Assembly (NCBI GenBank): GCA_964016885.1
Contig: OZ024741.1
Location: 390,972,001-391,036,000, forward strand
Length of the DNA stretch: 64,000 bases
Direction: 5' to 3'
Source of the DNA: Eledone cirrhosa
Lineage: Eukaryota
Position 1 is the stretch's first letter. The number at the start of each line of letters is the position of its first letter. A program made the position numbers and the translations under genes. The notes beneath the pieces are model-generated. The model was given only the letters and a program-made list of their open reading frames with translations, searched no databases and was not told the origin of the DNA. Shown here in pieces: positions 44,001 through 57,584 of the stretch.

Positions 44001-45129
44001 AGACATGCGTCTCTATATATATGTACATGACCTTACCTATTAAGTTCGTTGAGATGCAACTGGCACCAGCAGTGAAACTCATGCTAGTCCTGACAACTTA
44101 TTATTTTCTCCCAACTAGCAGATTCAAAATGAGAGTAAGTTGAACAATTTTCCTCATTTTTATTGTGTTTTGTTTAATATACGCTCTAATACATGTTCAA
44201 TCTTCCTCTCTCACTCACCTATTGAATCGTACAAAATGTGACATTGATCGGTTTTACGCACGTGGTTGGTCGAAATATTCCGAATTCGAATTCTAACCAT
44301 CGCGCTAATTCTATATAGCTGTCTAATTGCCTGTTGGCATTTAATGTCCGGAAAGGTTGTAGGCACTGCCATTGTTACTGTCGCACTATTTCTCGCCATG
44401 GGACTTGGTGACTAGAGCCGAATGCTATCATTCTATTGTTTAGCGATTGGAGACTGATTTTCTCTAATAACCGACTTTTTCACTCACTTGTTAATTTATG
44501 TTTGACTTGAGATATGTTGGTAGAGTTCTTATGGAGGGGCTGAAGAACAGAATTTCGACTCCTACCATCATGTAAATTTCTGAACCAGTGGCCAATCGGT
44601 TGATGGTATTTTGGTGACGCGTAGGGATTTCAGTTGCTAATGTACTATTGTGTCGCCTGTCGCATTTACTGCCATAGGCGGCACGGACTGGAATCTAATT
44701 CTGTCGATCGATTGGTTATTGATTAGGTGAGACCCGCTAATGAAACCACATAGGCCAATTGTGCATTGTTGCATAATAAAGGCAGACAGTAGATGCTATA
44801 CGGTCTCTTGCTGCATTAAGTGTGGCCGAAACACGAGTACGGGTATAGATTTATTTTACCCATTACGTGTGTTGTATTGATGCAGATACTTTCGCGTCTA
44901 CTTTGGGATTTTTACATAACATTACCTATGGAGTATGCTGAGATGCAACCGGTACTAGTTGGGAATCAGTATGCTAGTCTCGTCAACTTCAAATATATAT
45001 ATATATATATATATATATGTGAAGAAATACCAACGATAATCAGCAGACTACTGATGAGGGACATTTAATCTCTTGATCTATTTTTATTCATATGTTCATG
45101 TTCGCACAACGCAGCACGCCATTTTCCAT

Positions 45130-45184
<55 letters not shown>

Positions 45185-45498
45185 TGTACATATATATATG
45201 TGTGTGTGTATGTGTACGTGTGTGTGTGCGTGTGTTTGTATGTGCGCATGTATATCTATATACATATATATTTCAAATTATGCTTGATTTAGATTATTTT
45301 ACTTGTTTGGGATTAATTATCAGTAGCACTAACATGGCGTGATTCATAAAGGGAGTGTGTATGAAGGCATATAAAATATGCTTCTGTATAATAAATATAC
45401 ATAAATTTCACTATAATAGTGGTACTGCTATACAATTACATATCGTATATACCTTAGTATATACCTCTACTATGAATCAAGCTATGTTAGTGCTCGTG

Positions 45499-45584
<86 letters not shown>

Positions 45585-45671
45585 TGTATGTATGTATGTA
45601 TGTATGTATGTATGTATAATAGCATTAATAAAGAAACTGATGTTACATAAATCGTTTATTCATTATAATTA

Positions 45672-45827
45672 CTAGCAGAAAAACCACCCTACGTGTGGTT
45701 TTCTGCTAGCATGTGTAGTGTGCATATTGATATTATACACAAGTGTATATACATGTAGATATGATACATCAAATAAAATCGTAATTGACAATCTACACAG
45801 AAATTGAAAGAAGACTGCGTTACACAG

Positions 45828-45916
<89 letters not shown>

Positions 45917-48185
45917 GCTACAGTACTTTTTTCCATTTCATCCAGTTAAATATATCTGGATACTATTCACTTTTCCTTCTTAAAACATTGAGACAAACAT
46001 TTATTTATGTGGCATCACGTCTTCTAAAGCTCTAAAAAAGTTCTTTTCCCGTTTAACTTCTAGCAGCCGACGACTTTGGTACTTCCAATTACAATGAATT
46101 AAAATATTGATCTCCTATGAATTCTATTTAATCTCCAATATCTCATTATCTAGTGGTACCGTCTGGAAATCGATAGTAGTTGCGGTGTGGAATGTTGAAG
46201 TTCAACGATCGTAACTTGCAACATCACTATCATAATTACAATGGAGAAATAATTATCACACACCTGTAGATAGTCCATAGCTTTACGGAAGGAATGCGTA
46301 ATAGCCCATAGCTTTACAGATGTCATTTGGAATGCATTATTGAACTTCTGGATATTTTGAAGAAAGTGTCTTGATTCAGTAGTTGAACCAATCAGCAACC
46401 CCATCAAGGGTTCTGGTGGTTCAGGTAATAGTCTAAACTTAATCCTTCCATTTAAACAACACAATCCAGTTGACCCACCATTCCTTTGTTCACATAGCTT
46501 TTGAGTTTTCTGAGTCTCAGTTTCTTCATGTCAGCTTTGAGCTGTTCTATTTTTCTCCATTTGCTGTCTTAATGGTTTTCGTGCATCTGATTCCTCTTGA
46601 TGAATAGTTGCTTCCATTGTCCTATCTTCAGCAAGCCCTTTTGACCTTTGATCCTCTGATTGATCCTGTCTATTCCGTACACTTCTTATTCTTTGTTGTT
46701 GAAGCCTTGATAATCTTTGTGCATCTGATTTATCCCGCAAAGTTACTTTCATTGTCCTATCATCAGCAAACCTTTTTGAACTTTGTTCTTCTGATTCATT
46801 TTGCCTTTGGGGGGTCTTTCTTGTCGCTGCTTTTCACTTTCATTCTCCCTTAGTAGCTGCTTTGCCATAGCTTGATGAGATTTTCTTCCAAATGAAGGGG
46901 CATTTTTTGCTTGCAGCTTCAAATGAGGCTATTATTTAATTTTATATTTTTCTTTTAATGCTGGATCTAAGTCGAGTCAAATATAACTCCATTAACTTTC
47001 AGCTATATTTCGAAAACAACAACTAAAAACTAATGGAAATGAATATGCAAAAAAATATTACAGGTTTCACATGTGTTATTTTTAGTTGTGTTTCTATAAA
47101 TCGAATAAAGAAACCCAAATTTAATGAGAGGCTGACATACACATATACACACGGAGCTATATAAGAAAATGTGGCATATATATACACACCGAGGAAAGAT
47201 ATGAAGAAGATAGTAGTAAGAAACTCTCAGGAGAGCTGAACAACAGAACGTCTTCAGAGAAGAAAACCCCTCACGCAAGTGTTTCAGTTTTTAACTTCTT
47301 ACAATCTACGGGGCCCATGCAGCATCCAGGTCAATTAAACCGTATGGAGATTTTTCATTGCCTCTGCTTTGAAACTTATATCTAGAAGCTTTCTTGAGTT
47401 TGGAAAAATAACATTGGTAGTCATGGTAACAGTGATATGTCACCGTCACCACCACCACCAACTACAAACGTGACTTACTCAGGGTTTCTTCCCTTAGTGT
47501 GTGTTAAAATACAAACACAATGCTGTCAAACTCTATAGAAGTCATTTTGTTCAGGGGCTAAATATTAAGTAGATATGACATATAGGCACATACACACATG
47601 GAAGAGATATAAAGAATGTATATCAAAATGTGCTGCAGCCAATAGAGGAGAGAGCATATTTTAATATTAATGCAGGCATGTGTTGTTGCTTTATGTTGAT
47701 TGAATGCGTGTTGCTCACTTATTTTAGTCGCATCTCCTTCCATGCAGGAGAGAGAGGCGGGACGTTTAGTACTGAAGCAAGCGTGAGTTTATTGCTTTAG
47801 TGTCGGCTACTAAGTTGAACGCGTGTCGTTCACTTTCTACGCTTTCGTTATCTCTGTTTCTTTGTCTTTTGGTTCATGCATTGTTAACCTACTTGCTTAG
47901 TTCCATCTTTGGCTTTCAGCACTTTAGCTAATTTCGCGCGTGCTTTCTCTCAAATTCTCATTTCTTCATTGTCTCTATTTTCCGTCATTTTCCATCGTAG
48001 TAAAGACGATAACTCACAACGATCAGAGATTGACAAAGAGACAAACAAAAATATAAACAAATGAAAGTGCAAGGAAAACCTATTCCTGAATCTAAAGAAT
48101 TCACATGCCAAGTTTGAGCATGATTGGTCTACTGGTTTCTATGTGCATCGGAGTCAAACAGACAAACAAGCTAATATATATATAT
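45672..48185 (-). mobile_element. Internally deleted canonical Helitron retaining the RepHel N-terminus
   Basis: CCLNGRIK..PEPPEPL..SRHFLQNIQKFNNAFQMTS plus upstream R/Q/E repeats; 3' hairpin + CTAG|T like Helitron A; Helitron-like 5' region near 48090-48185 (approximate). Confidence 0.85.
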
Positions 48186-48273
48186 TGTTATACTTTGGGA
48201 GGGCCATGCTGCCAATAAAAACACGCGTTTTCAGATAAGAAATGTTACAAAACAAATTCAAAAATCAAATATA

Positions 48274-48348
<75 letters not shown>

Positions 48349-48984
48349 GAAAGTATACAAATTGTTGTGAGCGTGAAGCCAACAGTATTTCATAATATAT
48401 ATAAGTGACTATAACGTTAAAATGGAAAAATAGTTAACGTAAGATGTGGGAAAATAATTCAAACTCAATTTTAAAAAAAATCAAGACAGATTTATCCATA
48501 GAATTTTGTAAAATCCAGGGAAAATCAATAGAGCCTTAACTCAGAATAAAATAAAGTTTAAATACTCATCCTTCAATTTGGAAAAGCTACAAATGCTCTG
48601 TATAGTCTTAAAAAGACTATTCTGAGAAATTTTCAGTGGGGATGGTCACGGTTGGAGTTGTTCATCAGCAGAGCTCAAACACGATAACCCAAAATCCACT
48701 GTAGAATATGCCAAAAGGGGAATTTAAAAATATTGTTGTGGTCGTGTTTTCGTTGGCAATCGTCTGTTTACGACAGTACAGCGCGGCTCTACTTTATTTA
48801 ACTGAGATAAAACTTATATGAGCATGAACAGTAGATCATTACGCATCTTTTGGCTTAAAAATCTAGAAATTTGGTCCAGCGGGAAAAAGTTTATAATCAA
48901 AGTTTGCTGATAAATCTTGTGTTCAAGTGAGTGAGTAGTAAGCGTGACGCTAGGGGAGGTAATCCAGAAATGACGACGTTTGGA

Positions 48985-49598
48985 ATATGTATATTTGTGT
49001 ACGTCGCCATATATGTATGTATGTATATGTGTATATGTATATTTGTGTATGTCGCAATATATGTATGTATGTGTGTATATGTATATTTGTGTACGTCGCC
49101 ATATATGTATGTATGTGTGTATATGTATATTTGTGTATGTCGCAATATATGTATGTGTGTATATGTATATTTGTGTACGTCGCCATATATGTATGTATGT
49201 GTGTATATGTATATTTGTGTACGTCGCCATATATGTATGTATGTATGTATGTATGTGTGTGTATGTATATTTGTGTACGTCGCCATATATGTATGTATGT
49301 GTATATGTATATTTGTGTACGTCGCCATATATGTTTGTATGTATATGTGTATATGTATATTTGTGTACGTCGCCATATATGTATGTATGTATGTATGTAT
49401 GTGTATATGTATATTTGTGTACGTCGCCATATATGCAGTATGTATGTGTGTATATGTATATTTGTTTATGTCGCGATATATGTATGTATGTATGTGTGTA
49501 TGTGTGTATATGTATATTTGTGTATATCGCCATATATGTGTGTATGTATGTGTATATGTATATTTGTGTACGTCGCCATATATGTATGTATGTGTGTA
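48985..49598. repeat. Minisatellite, about 13 units of ~40-56 bp
   Basis: Unit atatgtatatttgtgtacgtcgccatat followed by variable (ATGT)n/(GT)n. Confidence 0.92.
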
Positions 49599-50690
49599 TC
49601 GGGCTCACATACATTCTCTGTGCGTGATTTGGCTCAGCTCAGCCAATCAGCGCCAGTAGAAGAGGATGTATCCCTACGCGTTCGGAGGGAGAAATAGCCC
49701 GCAAAGATTTGAGGACGCTATCACTTCCAGGCTAGACCGTGTTAAGGTAAACAACACTTGTTCTTTTGCTCCGTAAGCACAAACAATATGTAACGACAAG
49801 ACATTACCTACGAGCCTGACCAAACGCATTCAGCCAGTCGCCCGTATTTTCTCTTGTAATCTTAATTGAATTATTTCATTATTCTTGGCATGCCAGCTTA
49901 ATTCACTTCTTAACCTTTATTAATAAATAATGTAAAAACAAGCTAAAATTCGTTGTCGATATTCCTATCGTATCTTTCTACCAAACCTGGTTCCTCGTGG
50001 CAACAACACAACAACTCTCTAAATATTCTTTTCCGCTAAATTCGAATTTATACCTAAACCAAATTGGTGACAATATATCTACACCAAATTTGTGACCCTC
50101 GACGATTAAGTATGAAAACGCAGCCTATTTGAATTCGCCAGTCGTTTTAACGGAAATGTGGAGTGGCTTAACATTTGGAATATTCGAATCGGGTTTCTAG
50201 ACTCGCTTAGCGTAAGTCCATAAAATTCATAATATTCCATTTGTTGAAGCACGCGACCTACACAATATTTCTGTTATAACTTTCATGGTAACACAAGTAA
50301 CTCACGCATACAGACGAACACAAAAATACTACACAAAAGAAAGAGTTTTTTCGACGTCTAACAAAAAATTTCTCTTTTGGATTGAAAATTATTATTGCGA
50401 GCATAGTTTGATAAAAACAAAAAAAAAAAAAGAATTAAAAAAAAAAAAAATTTCTCTGGATATAGAATTTTGCTCGGCTTATTCAGTTTTTCCATGGCAC
50501 AGAAATGGAGTATTTCCATTTCGAATCAATACCTTTCACTAAAATCGGGCAATTGGACTGATCAAATTCACATTCATGCCAGTTTTTACAAATCGGAGGT
50601 GAGCAAAGTGAGACAGGTGCACAAAAAGAGGGGTGTGAGCAAAGTGACCAGGAAGATTTTGATGGCAGAAAATGTACAGAACTTCTGACT

Positions 50691-53600
50691 TTGGCTAGAT
50701 TATGCAAATTTGGTCCCCCATCAAATTGCCCAGATCCCACTGCACGTCTAAAGCTAGCTAAACGAATGCACAAGGCCATACATGAACTTTCACCTGATTT
50801 GACTGTGTCCCAAATTCGGAAAAAAATGGAAATCTTTGAGCAGTGTAAAAGATTCCATAGGGACAACATCTATTGCATAGGACAGTCTGACTGCACAAAT
50901 GGACTTGAACTGATTCGAAGTATGGCTCCTCACTCTCCTCGCATCAGTACAATTCTGAGATGTGTGTACAAAGTGAGATCAGTCTGTGTCTGGCTAGACT
51001 CCTATGACATTTCAATCTTGGAAGGAAATTGGTCAATGTTTGATGATCTAGTAAATCCCCAAAACATGTCCAACAATCTGCTAAGCCGTTTGAATGAGAT
51101 AGTGGAAAATGAAAATGAGAGCTTGCATTCAGAATCCTCAACCATGGCCAATTTTGCATCCATTATCAAACATTTTAATAAAGAGATTCAAAAAATGAAA
51201 ATCAACTCCTGTGACATTTGCAAACAACGAGAATTAGATGCTAAACTCAAAGTCTGGGAGGATTGGAGCCCTTTGACAAATCCCTATCTCCTGGAAACCA
51301 TTCAACAAAACTACTCTCTACCATGTACGATTTGCTCTACATGTAGAAATAGTCTTGTCAAAAAGTCGATACCATCATTGGCTTCAATCAATGGCCTAGA
51401 AGTGGTCAAAATTCCAAATGCGTTGTCAAAGTTGAACATGTATGAGCAGATTTTGATCCAAATGGCCAATTGCTTCATCAATGTCATTAAATTGTCACCC
51501 TATCGTTTCAAAGGTGCACCATCACATCTAGTAGCTGCTATTAAAGGAATAGCAACTCACATGCCACTACCAGTAGAAAACACAATCAATCATGTAATGA
51601 AAAAACTTCCATCGAATCAAAATGATGCATTTGAAATAATTGTTGATAGTCTTCCAACTAAAAAGGGCACAATTTGGCGATCGCTAGTGAATATGCAAAA
51701 TGTCTTTGATGCCTTGGAGTGGCTGAAAAACAACAATGACATTTACAATGACATTTTGATAGACAGAACCACAAATTTAGAGGACATTGTTACATGCACT
51801 GGTGAAAATGTTTCCATCAATTTTCCACACATTCTCACACAAACTGGTGCTGAAACAGTCTATGAACACCATACTGTACAGCAAATCAAGCCTGCACTCC
51901 CAAATCAAAAGGACCTTGAACTGTTTCGCATGAAACGAGTTGAAGGTACTCTTCTTCCGGACAATGATCCAAACCTGGATCTAATGTGCTTCCCCCACTT
52001 ATTCCCTAAAGGAAAATTTGGAATGATGCACATGAACAGACCCCATGGTAGAATAAAGCCCTACATGTTCATCAGAAACAGACTCAGACATGAGGACCCC
52101 GGTTTCGTAGAGACATTCAGTACATTCTCTACAACTTGGACAAGGCTGACAAAAGAACACTAGATTCTGGCATTTATGCCGTAATGAAATCACTCAAAAG
52201 TCCAAAATTGACACTTGCTCAATTTTATAAAAGATTGGAAGACAATGATGAACAATTGGAAAGTGGTTTGTCAATGATGATGGCGAATGTTCGTGGAACA
52301 AAGCCATTTTGGGAACGCAAGTGCTCCGACTTGAATGCCATAGATGAGAAATTCGGTCCTGCCCATTTGTTTATCACTCTTTCATGTGCTGAATACTTTT
52401 GGCCAGGCTTGAGGGAATTTTTGGAAAAACTCAATAAAGACATTGCAAATGTTGAAACAAGGCCGATAGGGAATCTCTGTGCAAATGATGTTGTGGCTGT
52501 CAGTGAGTACTTTCACCATCGTTTTAGTGCTGTTTTTCATGATGTAATTTTAAATAAAAAAGGCCCATTTGGGAAAATTATTCATTACTTTTGGCGACTC
52601 GTGTATCAACAACGTGGTGCCCCTCACATTCACCTTAAAGCCTGGGTTCGGGACAGTGTAATTTTTAACAAAGATCCTAAAGAAAAAATCAAGCAATTTA
52701 TTGAACGCTGCATTACTTGCCGGCTACCATCCCCTGTGGCCAGCCCAAACTTGGCAAATCTCGTTAGACGGTTCCTAGTCCATACTTGTGGCAAAGCATG
52801 CTGGAGAATAGTGAGGAGAGGGAAACATTTTCGTAAAAAATGCCGTTTTGGTTTTGCACGTGCAGTGGGGCCATTTCGGTTTTTCTCAGTTTCTGAAAGT
52901 ATCAAATCACGAAAAAATGGTAATGGAACAAAAAAACTGTACCAAACCAATTGGAAAGAAAAGAATCAGAAAAGTACATAAATGACTACAATCCCTGTTT
53001 ACTTCTAGCCTGGCAAGCAAATATAGATGTGCAATACATTGGTGAGAATAGTATGATTTTGAATAGATATGTCACCTGCTATCAGACTAAGGCTGAAAAA
53101 AATGAGGCTGAGGGAGTGTGGGCGAATCTGGATCATTCCAAAACAAAATATGGGAAATACAAAAGTGCTGGACTGCAATTGCTTGGGAAAAAGGACACAG
53201 GAGGATATGAAGCTGCTGACAAACTTTTGGGGCATCATTTTTACGGGTCATCAGATCATGTTATTTGGGTAGGTGCAGACATTCCCAGTAGGCGCGGCCG
53301 CAGATTGAAATCTCAAAATGATCTCGATGAACTGAGTGAACACTCAATGGACTTGTTCTACGAGAACATGGTGGAAACTTTTTACAAAAACCGGCCAAAA
53401 TTCCTGGAAGATTCCTCCTTATATGAAGTTGCCAGCAAATATGAGAGGACACAAAAAAAACCTGTTGACAAAGATGTGGCTACAAAAATGAAATTGCTCA
53501 ATGACAAGGGGTATTTTCATAGTGTAAAAGAGCGGGTAGTTAAAGCACCGAATATACAGCTCAAAAATGACACAAAAGAACGTTATTACCACAATATTCT

Positions 53601-55852
53601 AATGCTGTTCAAACCCTGGCGCGATGAGGACAAAGATTTATTGGGGGGCTGCAAAACATTTGAAGAGTCCTTTCATCTGTGTGCAAACAATTTGCCTGAT
53701 ATGGTGAATTTTCAAAATGTGAGGAAAAAAATCACTGATGCAGTTGAGATGGGGAAGAGGTTGGAGAAGGAGGGTGAAAAGGAGGGAGAGGTCGGAGAAG
53801 GACGGAGAGAAGAGGGGGAGAAGGAGGCAAGAGGTGAGGCTGGTATTGATGTTCCCCAAATTCAAGATGTAGATGAAACTGCTCTACAGACAAAAGAAAC
53901 ACAGCTTAATACAGATCAAGTATCCATATACAATCTAATTGTATCAGCAATTGAAAAACAGGAATTGCATTGGAATTCGGAAAAGCCACTACCAAGGTGC
54001 AGATGTGATGATTGCCCACAATTTCTCAAATTTGTCTCTGGTGTAGGAGGTACAGGGAAAAGTTTTCTCATTGATATAATTTCTGACAAAGTTACTCAAA
54101 TTTGTTGCAAGAGAAATGGGGCCCCAGTAATCATTTGTGCACCAACTGGTATGGCTGCTTTCCAAATCAAGGGGACTACTTTGCACAGGCTCTTCAAACG
54201 CCCAGTCCAACATGGAAAGTCACCATCATATAGGGAATTAGAAAGTGATGAACTCAAAATTTTGCGATCCACTCTAGAGGGTGTCCGTCTGATAATTATC
54301 GATGAAATAAGTATGGTCAGTCATCTGATGTTGGCATTTATCCATAGGCGTCTAGATGAGATTTTTGGGGACCAGAGTCAAATGACCAGCCCTTTTGGAA
54401 AAATAAATATTCTGGTTTTTGGCGATCTACTTCAACTTCCACCAGTAAATGAAAAAACACTCTTTTCCAGTATTTCTGCATATGATGCTAAAAGGACTGG
54501 TCTGGGAATAAGTGGTCAGTCACTGTGGAAATTTTTCGACTATGATGAGCTCACTATAAACATGCGGCAAAAAAATGACAGTGAAAACTATTCTGAAATG
54601 TTGGGTCGAATAAGAATAGGATCACCTACAGACATGGACATCAAGACTTTGAGTGAACATTGCCTATTCCCAGATCGCAGGGCAACAATGAGAGAGGCAA
54701 CTGAGAAACTAATGCAACTTTGCACATTACCTAGTCAAAAATTTGTCTGTATTTTGCCTGTCAATGAATCTGTAGATGAATTCAACAAGGAAATGCTTAA
54801 GCATGCCAACATCAGTACAGTTGTAGTTATTGCTGAGGACTCAGGAATGCGCCAGAAAGGTCGTAAAAAAAAGTCAAAGTCAAACAAATTTTCCAAACCA
54901 AAAAAGGCATCAGACACTGCTGGACTTGAGACTGAATTGCAAGTTGGAGTTGGGGCCAGAGTAATGCTGAGACGAAACATTAATTTGGTGAAGGGGCTAT
55001 GTAATGGTGTCATGGGAACAGTGCAAAGCATGGTCAATGGAAAAGATGGGAAAATGGGACAAATCATTGTGGAATTTGATCACATGATAGGCAATGACAT
55101 TTCAATAGAAAAGGTGACTGCAGACTATGAAATCTCTCCTGGTGTGTATGTGACACGAAAACAGTTCCCCCTAAGCCTTGCCTATGCCATCACCATCCAT
55201 AAATCACGGGGAATAAGTGTTGATGGGGTCATTGCTGATCTTGGTTCTCTGTTGTTCGCAGATGGAATGGCCTATGTTGCACTTTCACGAGCTAGGAAAC
55301 TCTGCAATGTCTATTTGATAGATTTTGACCCACGAACCCTGATCATGTGTGACAAATCTGCTTGGGAAGAGTACAACAAATTGCGTTCTACAACAAAATT
55401 GCCTCCACTTGGACCATGTAGAAATAAACCACCATGCATGGCTTCTGAATCTTGCATGCCAAAAAAACAATCATGGCGAATGTTGAATGTGGACAACCCT
55501 TCTGAATATGCTCCTCCTACCAAAAAACCTAAATTAGCTACAATTTCCATGCTCACTCCCATGATTAGACTACAAAATAAGGAAAATGCCTGTTTTGCCA
55601 ATTCCACACTTCAAGCTATTGCCCAATTGCCCAAACTTTGGGAAACTTTGTTGTCTACCAAATTACTCAGTCCAGTTGTTCAGGAAATAGCAAATATTGT
55701 CAATGATTCAAAAATTGAACTTTCCCAATCTTCACAACATTGAAAATTGGTCAAAATTTGACAAATCTGACTTCAAACCAGATATGATTCATTTGAACAA
55801 TGTTGGAAATCTTAAATTGACACAAATTTTTGCCAATGTTTTTGCCACCTGA
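50691..55852 (+). pseudogene. Helentron/Helitron2-type RepHel polyprotein (DUF6570-like, HUH Rep, PIF1 helicase) with USP-like and SGNH-like tail; frameshifts near 52110, 52950, 55700
   Basis: CFPHLFPKG, VRGTKPFW, FITLSCAE, YQQRGAPHIH, YVTCYQTK; GVGGTGKS, APTG, IIDEISMV, GDLLQLPPV, QFPLSLAYAITIHKS, YVALSR. Confidence 0.92.
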
Positions 55853-56012
55853 GGTAATTACAAGGGGAGGTAATTACGAGTCTCTCTCTATTATCTAATA
55901 TATTTCAAATTGTATTTTTAACTAAATTCATTTATCATAGTCTAATATTTTAAAAATAGGTTAGTGCTCCACGATGATGACCCATGTCCCCGCCATGTGG
56001 AGGGGATGCTTA

Positions 56013-56078
56013 GGAGCCATCCAGATATCATGTGACCATTTTTGGTTCGCGGTGTCCACATGATATCTGGATGGCCCT
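56013..56078. mobile_element. 66-bp PIF/Harbinger-like miniature element
   Basis: 19-bp perfect inverted repeat (56016-56034 / 56057-56075); TTA on both flanks. Confidence 0.6.
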
Positions 56079-56563
56079 TTATACTAATTAGTCATTTATC
56101 TGCATAAAAATTATACCAGATCATTCTGATTATTGGCTTGAAATCTTTTACAAAATTAGTATGAGCAACTAAGAGGTCATCAATAGAAATAGAATTACTT
56201 TTTGAAGTTTTCATGCACAGCATTTTTTGGGATTTTAAATAAAAGTTAATATCATAATTCTTATTTTGTATACCCACATTGCAGATACAGAGAAACATGA
56301 CAATCCTATATAAAGGTCGTAGACAGCAGTATCAGTTTTTATCCGTAACACCACTGAAATGCACAAGTTTCACCAATTCCCTATTATGCACTAATCATCT
56401 CAAATGCATTCATGATTTACTAGCTTTGTCATTAAGCCAGTTGCCTCAACTAGATTGCAATTATACCCAAAAGAACTTTAAAATGTCAATCACTTGTCAG
56501 TAATTCACTATGATCATTTAATTATTAGATAGTTGTTGCTTGCATTGCCTTAAAAAATAGTAG

Positions 56564-57584
56564 ACCAGATAAAAAAATGCGTACAGCAAAAAAAAGTAAT
56601 ATTGTTGGAATATAAACCTTTAAAAATACAGGACAAGAAACTAAAATAAAACTTTAAAAGAATAGGACAAGAAACTAAGATAAAACTTTAAAGAATTGGA
56701 CAAGAAATAAAAAATTTTACAATAATATTAGTGGCAAAATTTTTTTATTCGTTTCCTGTGCCATGCCCCAGTATCTTCTTGATTAGTGAATAATAATTGT
56801 CATGCTCTCATTGTGCGTTGCCTCTGAGCTTGGTTCTGGTTGGGGTTGGTTGGCTGAGCAGTTCTGCTCCGTCAGAATGACCATTGCAAGAAGAATTGGC
56901 CGATGCAGCTGCAGGTCTCCTCCAAGAATGCACTTCTGGTCCCGCAACACCAGACGAAGATGGAGAAGACGACCGGGACAAGATGTCGACTCTGACCACC
57001 GACTACGGCACCTCCCTCAACCACCGGTCCTCCCTCTGTCCCGTCATCCCTCCAGTCCTCCTGCTCCCCCTTCCTGTACCAGAAAGCTGTGGCACGCATT
57101 CATGTGGACTGCCGGACTTGAACTCAAGGACAAGATGCAAGGAGAAGATGGACGGGTTGGTCAAGATCAAGGATGAGCGGGACGACAAGACCGTCCGCTG
57201 CTGCTCAAGATCTGTGCTCATGGGCCCATGGGTCCATTTACATTATGCATGACACATGAGGCGTGTCGCCGAATGATGAAATAGGGGTATGGTTATGGCC
57301 CAATTGGTGTTCAAACCAGGATCAAATGATCCCCCCGGTCTGACGACGACCTCTGAATATGGAACCCAGAGCCTATGAATGTGGAACTCGAGTTTTTACC
57401 AATAAATATTTTGCCACTAATATTATTGTAAATTTTTTTATTTCTTGTCCAATTCTTTAAAGTTTTATCTTAGTTTCTTGTCCTATTCTTTTAAAGTTTT
57501 ATTTTAGTTTCTTGTCCTGTATTTTTAAAGGTTTATATTCCAACAATATTACTTTTTTTTGCTGTACGCATTTTTCTATCTGGT
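56564..57584. mobile_element. Foldback element with ~185-bp TIRs and a GC-rich core
   Basis: 56564-56750 mirrors ~57400-57584; three ggacaagaaa subrepeats per arm. Confidence 0.85.

Noticed and set aside
48985-49598. CRISPR-like repeat/spacer pattern (also 32870-34163)
   Set aside because: Spacers are simple microsatellites, no cas genes are present, and the context is eukaryotic.
52951-55743. Host PIF1 helicase gene
   Set aside because: Intronless, frameshifted and fused to an HUH Rep domain, which is Helitron architecture.
56016-56075. Hairpin as the Helentron 3' terminus
   Set aside because: TTA duplication and Harbinger-like ends fit a separate miniature insertion better.
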